A DNA stretch of 63,197 nt, filler included, from Octopus bimaculoides (GCF_001194135.2; 11 parts of 8 records of this genome joined end to end with filler, not necessarily neighbours in it), one strand, 5' to 3'. Positions 1-11,314 are shown, numbered from the whole stretch's first letter. The notes: generated from the sequence alone by a model not told the origin. Program-made: numbers and translations.

Positions 1-44
1 CCTTATGTAGCTGGGTATACATACATATATATATATATATATAA

Positions 45-392
45 AAAGTAGTTGTATACTGCCAACTTAACGTGACAGTCCCAATAAAGGAATATACTAC
101 TGCAATTTAGCCCTAGGAAGCTGGACCGCTTCCTGTCGGCCTTGACACATTTCCTGAGAGGTTGCGAGAGGTTGGTTGTGCTACTTCCGGCTAATGACGA
201 GCAAAGACTCAGAAACATGTCCCTGAATGCAGGCTAGACTAGGTGGAGGAGTTTATCACCCCCTCGCAAACATAAGGACACAGGAAATGTGTCAAGGCCG
301 ACAGGAAGCGGTCCTGCTTCCTAGGGTTAAATAGCAGTAGTATATTCCCTTATTGGGACTGTCACGTTAAGTTGGCAGTATACAACTACTTT
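45..392. mobile_element. Foldback/MITE-like element with ~112-bp terminal inverted repeats
   Basis: 45-156 is the near-perfect reverse complement of 281-392 (AAAGTAGTTGTATACTGCC... / ...GGCAGTATACAACTACTTT). Target-site duplication not clear. Confidence 0.8.
187..225 (+). ncRNA. Degenerate minimal type-I hammerhead ribozyme in the loop of the foldback element
   Basis: ccgg-CUAAUGA(G5A)-cGAG caaaga CUCa-GAAA-CAUG-UC-ccug. Palindromic ACAUGU helix III; stem I has one mismatch. Confidence 0.5.
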
Positions 393-470
393 ATCGCATC
401 ACTACTGCTTAAGTCTCTCTGAGAGATTTAGAAATGTATTATTTCTTATATATATATATATAGTTATCGC

Positions 471-686
471 CAAGCTAACATGGCAGTTCAGGAAAATAGG
501 ACGAATGCCACCGTTGATAATCTCCAAGAGGCCATCGCCTCTTGCTATCTATGTAACATCGCCTCTTACTAGCATTCAGTGGAATGCATCCACTGGTTTT
601 CAAAAATCGAAATATTAATATTCTCTCTATAGGAGTTAATCAACGGTAGCATTCGCTCTATTTTCCTGGACTGCTATGTTAGCTTG
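471..686. repeat. Diverged inverted repeat (~55-bp arms, ~105-bp spacer), MITE-like
   Basis: 471-525 CAAGCTAACATGGCAGTTCAGGAAAATAGG... matches the reverse complement of 632-686. Confidence 0.65.
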
Positions 687-1289
687 ATAATAATTATTAA
701 TATCCAGTACCGCTGCCGTTGTCTATTTTACCGAGATTTAGAAATATTAGTATTTCGATTAACTAACTACTTGATAAATTCTTATAAATATTTTATCCTA
801 TATCTAAATTGTAAATTTAACTGGAATATATTCAGTGCTGAATTTTATTCTGAATAAACAGGTGCAATTCGAAACCCCGCGTCTTACATAGATATATAAT
901 GTGAACAATTTCTATGTACTATACTGAATACATGTAGTGTTCGTCTGGTATGTTGATTTTTGTTCATTTTTACGTGCCATGACTATGCTTGCACTGACAA
1001 TTAAAAAACTGCATTTTGTGCACTAATTATGAAACCATATGATCTGCAGCTGAGTCTGGTTTTAAAAGACTCGCTTTGAGAGTTGCTCTCCCTCGCGTTC
1101 GGTACAATGTGTTTATTATGGTACTTTTGTCTTTAAGAGTCCCTCCTAGCGTGAGGAATTTATGTATAGTAAAGCCCTTAATATAAATGAATATATTTAT
1201 AGGGAATAATTAATAATTTTTTCTATTATGAGGTTTTTCCCGCTAACTATTTGATAATTTCTTATCAAGATTTTATCCTATTTTTAGAT

Positions 1290-1320
<31 letters not shown>

Positions 1321-2324
1321 GTATAATTTTTTCATAATTTTTTCCATTCATAATTTTTTCATTCATATTTTTTATTATTACGTTTGTAGAAATAAATAAT
1401 CTTGTATTTTTCTATTATTCAATTGATCTTTAATCATAATTAAATAAACGTCTTTAGCTTTAAATAGTATAGCTTTAACTATTACACCGGTTAAATATGT
1501 ACTAATTTTATCTTCATTATTATTTTAAACTTAAACTTCGTTCAACTTGTATTTAAAACAATGATAATTTAGGTAAGATGTTTTTTGTATATAATATACA
1601 TGTTATTATTATGGATGAAGGGATGATTATTGAATGGTTATTATTTTGATATTATTATANNNNNNNNNNNNNNNNNNNNNNNNNNNNNNNNNNNNNNNNN
1701 NNNNNNNNNNNNNNNNNNNNNNNNNNNNNNNNNNNNNNNNNNNNNNNNNNNNNNNNNNNNNNNNNNNNNNNNNNNNNNNNNNNNNNNNNNNNNNNNNNNN
1801 NNNNNNNNNNNNNNNNNNNNNNNNNNNNNNNNNNNNNNNNNNNNNNNNNNNNNNNNNNNNNNNNNNNNNNNNNNNNNNNNNNNNNNNNNNNNNNNNNNNN
1901 NNNNNNNNNNNNNNNNNNNNNNNNNNNNNNNNNNNNNNNNNNNNNNNNNNNNNNNNNNNNNNNNNNNNNNNNNNNNNNNNNNNNNNNNNNNNNNNNNNNN
2001 NNNNNNNNNNNNNNNNNNNNNNNNNNNNNNNNNNNNNNNNNNNNNNNNNNNNNNNNNNNNNNNNNNNNNNNNNNNNNNNNNNNNNNNNNNNNNNNNNNNN
2101 NNNNNNNNNNNNNNNNNNNNNNNNNNNNNNNNNNNNNNNNNNNNNNNNNNNNNNNNNNNNNNNNNNNNNNNNNNNNNNNNNACACACACACACACACACA
2201 CACACACAAATATATATATACATATACATATATATATATAAACATATATATATATATATACATATATATATAAACATATATATACATATCTATATACATA
2301 TGAAGAATAATAATAAATGGACCA

Positions 2325-2516
2325 AAGCGCATATAAACAATAAGTTCCTTTAATTTCTACATATGTTTCAAAATATATGTGCACTCTACTCCAAAGAAGT
2401 AAGAGGTGCTGGAATTGCACATATATTTATCGTCAGGGAATCAACATACAGAATCAAGACATATGCTAAATGTTAAGGTTACGTACGAGTTATAACATTA
2501 TATAGCTAAGTGACCG
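2325..2516 (-). mobile_element. ~190-bp hammerhead-bearing interspersed repeat (Penelope pLTR/retrozyme-like); second copy at 23696-23885 (+)
   Basis: Reverse complement aligns end to end with 23696-23885. Confidence 0.7.
2353..2441 (-). ncRNA. Type-I hammerhead ribozyme motif
   Basis: Minus strand: AUUCC-CUGACGA-long stem II (AAAUAUAUGUGCA/UGCACAUAUAUUU)-GAAA-CAUAUG-UA-GAAAU. Core intact, palindromic helix III, one stem I mismatch. Confidence 0.7.
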
Positions 2517-2952
2517 TTAGAAACAAGAAAGCTGGTTTACATAGAGTTATTATGGGAGAGAGGCCGTGAACGCTATACTAAAGGTTTAAATTAAAAGATT
2601 AAATTAGGGGAAGGCATAATGGACCGCAGTAAAATCCAGAAAACAAAAGTTCAAAAAGGTTGGAAACTTAAACGAGATAAGGAGGAAGGGAGAGAATCCA
2701 ATGAATTCATCATATATAATTGTATATAATTATTTCTCCTTATGAAAATAAACATACTGAGTTGAAGGCATTCATGTAGTGTGTATCATTCGCTTTATTC
2801 ATTGACTTGTCTGAAATATACAATCTCTAAACTGTTTACAATCTAACGACGCGGACTCAGGATTTACCCATCGGATGAAATACATTGGAATTATTCACCT
2901 CGCGTAGCCATTCGTTCTATCTTAGCTCACACACGCACATACATACATGCAT

Positions 2953-3005
<53 letters not shown>

Positions 3006-3564
3006 NNNNNNNNNNNNNNNNNNNNNNNNNNNNNNNNNNNNNNNNNNNNNNNNNNNNNNNNNNNNNNNNNNNNNNNNNNNNNNNNNNNNNNNNNNNNNNN
3101 NNNNNNNNNNNNNNNNNNNNNNNNNNNNNNNNNNNNNNNNNNNNNNNNNNNNNNNNNNNNNNNNNNNNNNNNNNNNNNNNNNNNNNNNNNNNNNNNNNNN
3201 NNNNNNNNNNNNNNNNNNNNNNNNNNNNNNNNNNNNNNNNNNNNNNNNNNNNNNNNNNNNNNNNNNNNNNNNNNNNNNNNNNNNNNNNNNNNNNNNNNNN
3301 NNNNNNNNNNNNNNNNNNNNNNNNNNNNNNNNNNNNNNNNNNNNNNNNNNNNNNNNNNNNNNNNNNNNNGTGTTATTTAAGCCAACTTTTTTGAAACATT
3401 CAAACTTAAAGCAATTTATGAAAAGCTAAATCATTAGGATTCTTTGATCAGGAATGCAAATACTTTCCTGTGTTGCCTATCCTTTCTCAGATAACCCTAG
3501 TTCAAAGTGCCGTGGGCACCGCTGAAAAAGTATGAAAGAAATGGAATTCAATAAAGAAGCGTGT

Positions 3565-3775
3565 AGCAAAATAATCCTTTCTACTAAAGGCACAAGACTG
3601 AAATTTCGTGGAGATGGTGATGGCCGATTACGTCCAGATTAGTACTTAATTTATTGACCCGGAAAGTTTGAAAGGCAAAGTCGGCTTCAGTGGAATTTAA
3701 ACTCAGGACGTACCGACTGTCTAAGCATTTTGTCCTGCGTGCTAACGATTCTGCCAATTTGCCGCCTTGTACGTG
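3565..3775 (-). mobile_element. tRNA-derived SINE with Nin/Deu-like central domain (family B)
   Basis: Reverse complement has head GGCAGAATCGTTAGCACGC, B-box-like GAGTTTAAATTCC and core GCCTTTCAAACTTTCCGGGTCAATAAATTAAGTAC. Other copies occur in the window. Confidence 0.7.
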
Positions 3776-5384
3776 TAACAAAATGATGATGTATCTCTGG
3801 CATGGCTATTGGGCGAATGCATGGTTGTGTAGTTAAGACCATCGATTTGTGACAACGCAGTTTTTGCTTTATTACCTCTCCGCAGTGCCTTGGGTTCCTT
3901 GGGCCTTCCATGCAATTTCTGTCAATCAAATTCACTCAAAACCCATTGGTCGTTCGGAGGTTCTGGAAGTCACTTGTACCGTGCAGTGCAATTGAACTCG
4001 AAATTATGCGTTGGCCGAAAGAGGTTGTTAACCACACAGCTATTCCTACGTCTATGTAGGATTTATTCGGGAGAGTTTCATTGTCCATCTGGAATGGTTT
4101 CAGTCGATAAGATCGCTGTTAATTTTGAACAAATAGATGTCAATTCATTCACTAATAAAAATTAGTTGAGTGACGATTGGGGAGGGAATTTAAATGTATT
4201 GCAAGATAAACTGACGTTTGGGTGATCCTGGGTGAAAATGGTAAGCTCCCTTCTATCGACAGAAAAGGAGCACTCCCACGATCAGATTTTATAGTTTTTT
4301 AGAGAACGTCAATATAAATCAATTCAAGATCCTTAGATTGAGATAAGTAATTTCTTTTAATTTCAGCGGTATAAGGTTTTGAAACTGGTGGCAGAAGTGA
4401 TCAGTGGGTTCTATTGCTCCCTTTACTTGACTGTTATACATCTATTGATCGTAAAATAAGACATCACAAGCAAAGACTCGCAGCATAAGTAACATGAGCG
4501 CGTTTCGCTCGATATTTCAAACAATTTTTTATATATACATAAATAGAACAAGAACGCAATATAGGACAATAAAACATCTGGAAAAAATGTTACTCAATTA
4601 CAAATAAAAGCAACAAGAATACAGCAACAGGTGTCTTTCGACTAATGAGGATGAACCAAATTGAGCTGCCGTGTATAGAGTGAAAGCCTTGAGTCAAGAA
4701 CATAGGAGAAGGACGCGAGAGTTGTTGACGGTCGGCAGTCAAACCAAGAAACAAAGATCATGTCTGGCCGAACACTGATCACATGGAAGGAAGAGAGAGG
4801 GTAGGGGAAGTGGGATTGAAGTATTAGGGGAAGCGCGAGAAAGAGAGAAAACATGACAGTGACAAACAGAAAGGTACAAGGGAGATAAACGAGGAGAAAA
4901 GCTTTTTGTCTTTGTTGTCGTACACATTCGTGTGCTTTCTCATAACAAATCTAATGCACATAGCTCAGACTTTTTTTGGTGGGCCAACCAGCTCTGAACA
5001 GTCTCAAGTGTAACTGCCCGAAACTGTAAGTACAATCTGGAAATTTGACTGATAAAACAAGGCCCCGAATGACCCGTACTTTTTTCCTGTCCCTCCATTT
5101 GTTGTTTTTGTTGTTCGACTTTGTATCGTCTATTGTCCTCTATTGCGTTTTTGTTCCAGTTTTTATATTTTTATATACATATAGCGGCGTACGTACAATT
5201 TTGTTCACATATATATATATAGAGAGAGAGAGAAAGAAAGAGAGATAGAGGGCATAGTGAGAGAGAGAGAGGGGGAGAGTGTGAGAGAGATATATGTGTA
5301 TGTATGTGCGTGTTTGTGCGTATATGTGTATGCGTGTTTGTGCGCGCGCGTAGATATATGAACAAGCCTAACGAATTCATATAG

Positions 5385-5905
5385 TCTAAAATATATTTTA
5401 TACGTGAAAGAGTATTGTATTTGTTGACCGGTTTCACTTTTGCTAATCATGACACTGAAATTATTGTAATGTATATTCTTTAGAAAATATTAGTCCATCT
5501 TGTGTACGGAAGTTTGTGAATGAACCAACAAGTAAAAAAATCTAAGGGGAGGTAATTGTTGATTGTTATTATTCAGAACAGTGGTGGTGACTGCATAATT
5601 TTGGTGGAAGGGATAAATATACAAATATGTAGTGTCTAAATATTCCATCTCATTATTTTAGCTTTTGAGTTTTGTATATTTATTTATCGCATCCCCTAAA
5701 ATGAGCAATTACCTCTCCTGTTCTGAATAATAACGATTACCTCCCATTAAATTTTTGCACTTGCTGGCTCATTAACAAACTCCCATACACGGCATGGACT
5801 AAAATCTTCTTAAGAAAATCCGAAATTACAATAATATCAATGTATGATTAGGGAAAGGGAAACCGGTCGACAAACAATACTCTTTCACTTATAAAATATA
5901 TTTAA
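5385..5905. mobile_element. Head-to-head inverted ~195-bp arms (5385-5582 / 5719-5905), each with a hammerhead remnant; Penelope pLTR-like
   Basis: Arms are diverged reverse complements. GACCGGTTTC at 5426-5435 and GAAACCGGTC at 5859-5868. The right arm directly abuts the Penelope ORF remnant. Confidence 0.75.
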
Positions 5906-5949
5906 AAATATATTAAAATTATGTAAACTGTGCGCATTTTCCTTCTTTT

Positions 5950-6585
5950 TCAAGACAGCAACACACCTTACCCGAAAATACAGCCGTGCATATCAACATA
6001 CAACCCAAAGAAACAAAGAAGCTTTCACCATCATCACCCAAAATTTACCACTGCTACATAAGGACCCCAAATTAAAGGAAATTTTACACACTCATAAAAT
6101 CATTAAAAGCAACAAACAACCGAAATCACTAAAATAGATCCTAACAAAGGCAAAATTATTTTCCAAAATAACAGATGCAATTGTCGACCGAATTGCGCAA
6201 CATGCCCAAACCTTCTAGAAGGATCAGAATTCCTTTTCAAAGAGGGACAAAAATTCAAAATCAAAATTGATTTTACATGTGCTTCAGAAAACCTGATTTA
6301 TGTCATAAGTTGCTCGGGCTACCACCAAAACTACATAGGGTCCACGGGATTATCGCTCAGACACAGATGCACTCTGCATCGACAGCAGATTGCATTCCCA
6401 GAATACAGAATGATACCCTTTAGTGAACATATTGAGAAATGCACAAAACAAGTGGTGCACAATTTATAATCTTTCCATTCTATCAATGTGTCATTGGAAC
6501 ACCAACACAAATTAGCTTAAATAAGGAAACCTTCTTCATTGAAAAATAAAAGCCAAAACTCAACCATTGCTAACACTTTTAAATA
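5950..6585 (+). mobile_element. Penelope-like element remnant: RT thumb-linker and GIY-YIG endonuclease (pseudogenised)
   Basis: Translates (with frameshifts and stops) to ...KIIKSNKQPKSLK*ILTKAK... and CRPNCATC...FTCASENLIYVISCSGYHQNYIGSTGLSLRHRCTLHR, i.e. a CxxC linker plus the IY..YIG GIY-YIG motif typical of PLEs. Confidence 0.88.
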
Positions 6586-6644
6586 GGAAACTCACCTCAT
6601 NNNNNNNNNNNNNNNNNNNNNNNNNNNNNNNNNNNNNNNNNNNN

Positions 6645-6656
6645 TTAATTAATTAA
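6645..6656. other. Assembly gap linker TTAATTAATTAA; also at 12884, 24530, 26547, 35770, 53391, 56760, 59111, 60297 and 61511
   Basis: The identical self-complementary 12-mer is always centred in ~100 N and gives stop codons in all six frames. Confidence 0.95.
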
Positions 6657-6764
6657 NNNNNNNNNNNNNNNNNNNNNNNNNNNNNNNNNNNNNNNNNNNN
6701 ATTATTATTATTATTATTATTATTATTATTGTGTAGGAGCCTTTAAGTGAATTACTGGTACTTA

Positions 6765-7015
6765 CATCAGCCAATAAGGGAGCCAATACAGCCAACAATG
6801 GAGCATCTTCATATGTGATCATATGATCTGCTGGAAATGGCAGTCAAATCACACTCAAATCATGCCCTTCCATTTTTAAAAGGTGAAGATACATTGGATA
6901 ACGCAGTCTTCAATATTCTATGATAGAAAAATATGTGGGAAGGTCACTCCTTGAATACATTTGACTATAATTTTGATTAATCAGAGCTGACCTCGGGCTA
7001 CTAAACAACAAACTA
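6765..7015 (+). mobile_element. Interspersed repeat (family E); diverged copy at 53630-53810
   Basis: Shared motifs (G)GAAGGTCAC/GGGATGGTCAC and CAGAGC(T/C)GAC...GGG...AACAACAA at both loci. Confidence 0.45.
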
Positions 7016-7469
7016 TTCATTTTTCATCAACCTCAGAAGTATTAAAGGCAATGTTAATTCTGGTGAGACATGAATTCAGAACTGAGAGGGATATAACCAT
7101 ACACCACAAGATGCTTTGTTTGATGATCTACTGAGTCACTCTCAAAATGAGTATTACAAAAATAAACCACAATGTGAAAAATCGACATAAATGCATGCAC
7201 AAAGATATCTTTTGCCTTTTGGAGTTTATAAATAGGGCGGACTATATTTAAGAGGAAGTAAGAGAGATGGAGAGGAAAAAACAGAAGGGTGAGCTGAGAA
7301 ATTAGTAGAATTAACTCTGTTGGTCTAATGAATATAATTAGAGTGTGTACTCAGCCTGGAGAAGGATAGGTTCTAACAGACTTGACAAGGAGGATACAAC
7401 ATGAAAACCACTCATTCAATATTATTTACTAATGATCTATAATTCATTGTGTTTGCGTGTGTGTGCGTG

Positions 7470-7600
7470 TTTATCTTTTATTTTTTACTTGATTCAATAA
7501 TTAGATTGCAGCCATGCTGGGGCACTGCCTCGAAGAATTTCAGTTGAAGGAATCGACTCCAGTACTTATTTCTTCTTTCAAGCTTGATCTCTTTTTCAGT
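7470..7600 (-). mobile_element. 3' half of CORE-like composite SINE (family A)
   Basis: Reverse complement of AAGTACTGGAGTCGATT...GCAGTGCCCCAGCATGGCTGCA, as in the other family A copies. Confidence 0.6.
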
Positions 7601-7628
7601 TCTATATTTAAGAGATGAGGAATTATGT

Positions 7629-7786
7629 ACATTATTTACATTATTTACATTTTGATGGATATTTGTCCTCATCTTGTTTGTTGTTAACACGGTTCAGCTA
7701 ATATATCCTCCATCCTTCATCAGGTATCTTGGGGAAATTTTGAACCTAGGTTCGCATTCCTAAGGTATTTTTCAATGTTGTTGTTA

Positions 7787-7823
<37 letters not shown>

Positions 7824-7844
7824 GAGTTTGATTCCAGGCAGTGA

Positions 7845-7896
<52 letters not shown>

Positions 7897-8106
7897 CATA
7901 ATCATAATAATAATAATAATAATAATAACAACAACAACAACAGCAACAACAACAACATTGAAAAATACCTTAGGAATGAGAACCCAGTTTCAAAATTTCC
8001 CCAAGACACCTGATGAAGGCTGGAGGGTATATCAGTCGAAATGTTGTGTTAACAACAAACAAGATGAGGACAAAATCCGACAAAATGTAAATAATGTAAA
8101 TAATGT
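7629..8106. mobile_element. Head-to-head inverted arms (~200 bp including ATT/AAT tracts), each with a hammerhead motif; PLE pLTR-like palindrome
   Basis: 7629-7823 is the reverse complement of 7849-8106, with a ~25-bp unique spacer. Confidence 0.8.
8005..8050 (+). ncRNA. Minimal type-I hammerhead ribozyme motif
   Basis: GACAC-CUGAUGA-a-GGCUG(loop)CAGUC-GAAA-UGU-U-GUGUU. Stem I GACAC/GUGUU; helix III AUGU may be CpG decay of palindromic ACGU. A more decayed mirror copy lies at 7685-7728 (-). Confidence 0.6.
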
Positions 8107-8107
8107 T

Positions 8108-8368
8108 GATCTCTTTTGTTGAATCACTAAGTTACAGGGACATAAACACAACAATACCCATTGTCAAGCAGTGGTGGGGAACATCATCAAACACAAAGAC
8201 ACACACACACTCACACACGCACATATGACAGGCTTCTTTCAGTTTCCATCTATCAAATCCACTCACAAGACTTTGGTTGGACCAAGGGTATAGTTAAAAA
8301 CAAAGTGCCAAACAGTGGGACTAAACCCAGCACCATGTGGTTGGGAAGCAAACTTCTTACCACCTGTA
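8108..8368 (-). mobile_element. CORE-like tRNA-derived composite SINE (family A)
   Basis: Reverse complement of head TGGTAAGAAGTTTGCTTCCCAACCACATGG...GTGAGTGGATTTGATAGATGGAAACTGAAAGAAGCC, plus the post-microsatellite half. Confidence 0.75.
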
Positions 8369-8504
8369 TATATGTGTGTGTATGTGTGTGTGCATGTGTT
8401 TATGTATATATATATATTTATATAGATATCTATATGTATGTATGTATGTATATGTGTGTGTATGTGTGTATGTATGTATGTGTGTATGTATGTATCCTTT
8501 ATCT

Positions 8505-8756
8505 TTTGCATTTCAGTCATTGGACTGTGGCTATGCTGGGGTCACTGCTTCATAAGGTTTTAGTCAAACAAATCAACTCCAGTACTTATGTTGTTTTTTA
8601 AGCTTGGTACTTATTCTATTGATCTCTTTTGCCACACTGCTAAGTTACAAGGGCATAAACCAATTCTAGTTATGAGGCAATGGGGTGGGGAGAGACAAAA
8701 ACACGGACACAAAAACATACAAGACACACAAAACAACACACACATGCACATGCATG

Positions 8757-8807
<51 letters not shown>

Positions 8808-8968
8808 GACAAGCTTCTGCACAATTTCAGTCTACCAAATTCACTCACCAGGTATTGGTTGACATGGGGTTATAGTAGAAGACAATTATTCCAGGTGCCA
8901 TACAATGGAATTGAACCTGAAATTATATGGTTGCAAAAGGAACTTCCTAATCACACAACCGTTCATGC
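8505..8968 (-). mobile_element. CORE-like composite SINE (family A) with internal (CA)n
   Basis: Both halves are present around the (CA)n tract. Confidence 0.75.
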
Positions 8969-9119
8969 GTCTCTCTCTATATGTATATATGTATGTATGT
9001 ATTATGTATGTATGTATGTATGTGTGTATGTGTGTATGTATGTAAATACTTTTTGTAGGTAGAACCCGAAGTGGATAAAGCTATAAATATTAATGTTCAA
9101 ATACGGGGATAAAAAACAC

Positions 9120-9690
9120 CTTGGATGGAAAAAATTGAAGGCTGCCCACTGGACTCATACCCATGACTGCTTTTCTACCATTATACCAAAGCAATTCTTC
9201 AAATTTATCCTTCCATTTTAAAAGCCTTGTTGTTTGCATCACATGAATTTAGAAACTTTGGGTTAATAAATTATTTTTAACAGTTAATAATTATTTTTAA
9301 CATATGAATATTGGGTTAAAGAACCCTTTGGATGGAAAAAGTCAAGGTTTTCTCATGGGACTTGAACCCACATGTGCAGATATGAAAGTTTGTCAGCCTT
9401 CAACTTTTTCTATTCAAGGAGTTCTTTATCCCAATAAATACATGCTATTTCTTATAGTTTTATCTACTCCAAGTTCCACTTTTAAAAAGGGTTTATTTTA
9501 TGTCGCTCAGACTTTCTAAATTCTTATGACATAAACAATGTACAATTCTTACTAGTAAGAGTGAGATCGAGAAATGGATGGAGAACTTCAAAGGATTGCT
9601 TTGGTACAGTAGTAGAACGTCTGCCATGTTTACAAAAGATGTGAGTTTGAGTCTTGGAGGCAGCCCCTAGCTTTTTCATCACTACAGTTC
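9120..9690. mobile_element. Three tRNA-like SINE heads (family D): two minus (9120-9195, 9325-9400), one plus (9590-9690)
   Basis: Shared ATTGCTTTGGTA..GTAGAA (A-box-like), GGTTCAAGTCCC/GAGTTTGAGTC (B-box-like) and TTTTCCATC tail. Homologous to 55495-55560. Confidence 0.5.
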
Positions 9691-9833
9691 TTTAACTCGT
9701 TATTTAGAGCTTTATCTACTTACAAAAATGAGTCATCTATATTGCGAAGTGCAATAGCTGATGTGAAACCAACGGTAACTTTCTAACCTGTTATATACCA
9801 TAACCAGGAATATATGACTTGACTATGTATGTC

Positions 9834-10300
9834 ATTATTCAGCTTATTTCAAGATTTCTTGCCAATAGAGAATGAACTGGTTTCTAACCTAGATCCAAGG
9901 CTCCTGCCAGTACCGCCTGACTGGCCTCCGTAGGATTTTCGAGCGAGATCGTTGCCAGTGCCCCTGGACTGGCTTGTGCAGGTGGCACATAAAAGACACC
10001 ATTTCGAGCGTGGCCATTGCCAGTATCGCCTGACTGGCCTTCGTGCAGGTGACATGTAAAAGCACCTACTACACTCTCTGAGTGGTTGGCGTTAGGAAGG
10101 GCATCCAGCTGTAGAAACTCTGCCAAATTTAGATTGGAGCCTGGTGTTGCCATCCGGTTTCCCCAGTCCTCAGTCAAGTCGTCCAACCCATGCTAGCATG
10201 GAAAGCGGACGTTAAACGATGATGATGATGATGATGAACAACAGGGTATTTTTGTATGTATGTATGTATGTGCAGATTTGTATTATGTATGTATGTGTGT
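9834..10300 (-). mobile_element. 3' UTR tail of R4/Dong-like LINE (CATA family 1), interrupted by a family C SINE
   Basis: TATTCAG..TTATTTCAAGATTTCTTGCCAATAGAG..CTGGTTTCTAACCTAGATCC matches the tails at 10332, 27825 and 54611. Confidence 0.75.
9906..10236 (+). mobile_element. SINE-like repeat family C (core GTTGGCGTTAGGAAGGGCATCCAGC, (GAT)n tail)
   Basis: Near-identical copies at 56815-57052 (+) and 63010-63197 (-). Internal ~60-bp subrepeats in the 5' part. Confidence 0.8.
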
Positions 10301-10331
10301 ATGTATGTATGCATGCATAGATGTATGTCAC

Positions 10332-11215
10332 TATTCAGTTTTATTTCAAGATTTCTTGCCAATAGGCGCAGGAGTGGCTGTGTGGTAGGTAGCTTGCTTA
10401 CCAACCACATGATTCCGGGTTCATTCCCACTGCATGGCACCTTGGGCAAATGTCTTCTACTATAGCTTCGGGCCGACCAAAGCCTTGTGAGTGGATTTGG
10501 TAGACAGAAACTGAAAGAAGCCCATCGTATATATATGAATATATATATATGTGTGTGTGTGTGTATATGTTTGTGTGTCTGTGTTTCTCTCCCCAACATC
10601 GCTTGACAAGTGATGCTGGTGTATTTTCGTCACCGTAACTTAGCAGTTCAGCAAAAGAGACCAATAGAATAAATATTAGGCTTACAAAGAATAAGTCCTG
10701 GGGTCTATTTGCTCGACTAAAGGTAGTGCTCCAGCATGGCCACAGTCAAATAACTGAAACAAGTAAAAGAGTAAAAGAGTAATAGAGAAAGAGCTGGTTT
10801 CTAACCTAGATTCATTGCTCCTTCAGTGGAATTTTAGCATCAACAGAGTATTTTTGTATGTATGTGTAGGTGCAAATTTTATATTTTGTTTTATGTATGT
10901 ACTCTCATGCATATACTTGCATTTCTAGACATGATCATATATACTTCAATAATAAGATTCTGGAAAGTTTTACAGAGTTTTACAGTTCCAGTGATGGCTT
11001 GGATCTCTAGTCTTTGAATCAAATTTCTCCTTTCTGGTTTTGAGAAGCCTAATTTCTCAAGATTGGTATTTAGGCAGTGTGTTACATATCCGCGTGCCCC
11101 AATAATTACAGGTATAAACCTGAACTTGTAATCTGGATAGAGTAGCTGTAGATTCCACAATAGTTCAGCGTACGTATTTTCTTTTATGTTGAACTGTACA
11201 CAGTTTCTCTTCTCT
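10332..11215 (-). mobile_element. 5'-truncated R4/Dong-like LINE (CATA family 1): RLE C-terminus plus 3' UTR
   Basis: ORF 10891-11160 (LQLLYPDYKFRFIPVIIGARGYV...IQAITGTVKLCKTF) is homologous to 28153-28584. Confidence 0.85.
10365..10780 (+). mobile_element. Full-length CORE-like composite SINE (family A) with AATAG target-site duplication
   Basis: Starts GGCGCAGGAGTGGCTGTGTGG, has core GGCACCTTGGGCAAATGTCTT and ends (GTAAAAGA)2. Flanked by AATAG at 10361-10365 and 10781-10785, splitting a LINE tail. Confidence 0.85.
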
Positions 11216-11314
11216 ATCTCAAATTACTATGTCAGGTCTATTATGTTTATATTCTATTGTATGTATGTATGTATGTATGTATGTTCATATGTACATACAT
11301 ATGTATATATGTTC

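Noticed and set aside
1525-1575. FKLKL...NNDNLG|GTAAG resembling the missing upstream T-box exon end
   Set aside because: There is an in-frame TAA between the motifs, no upstream HPDSP/W motif, and the context is AT-rich low complexity.
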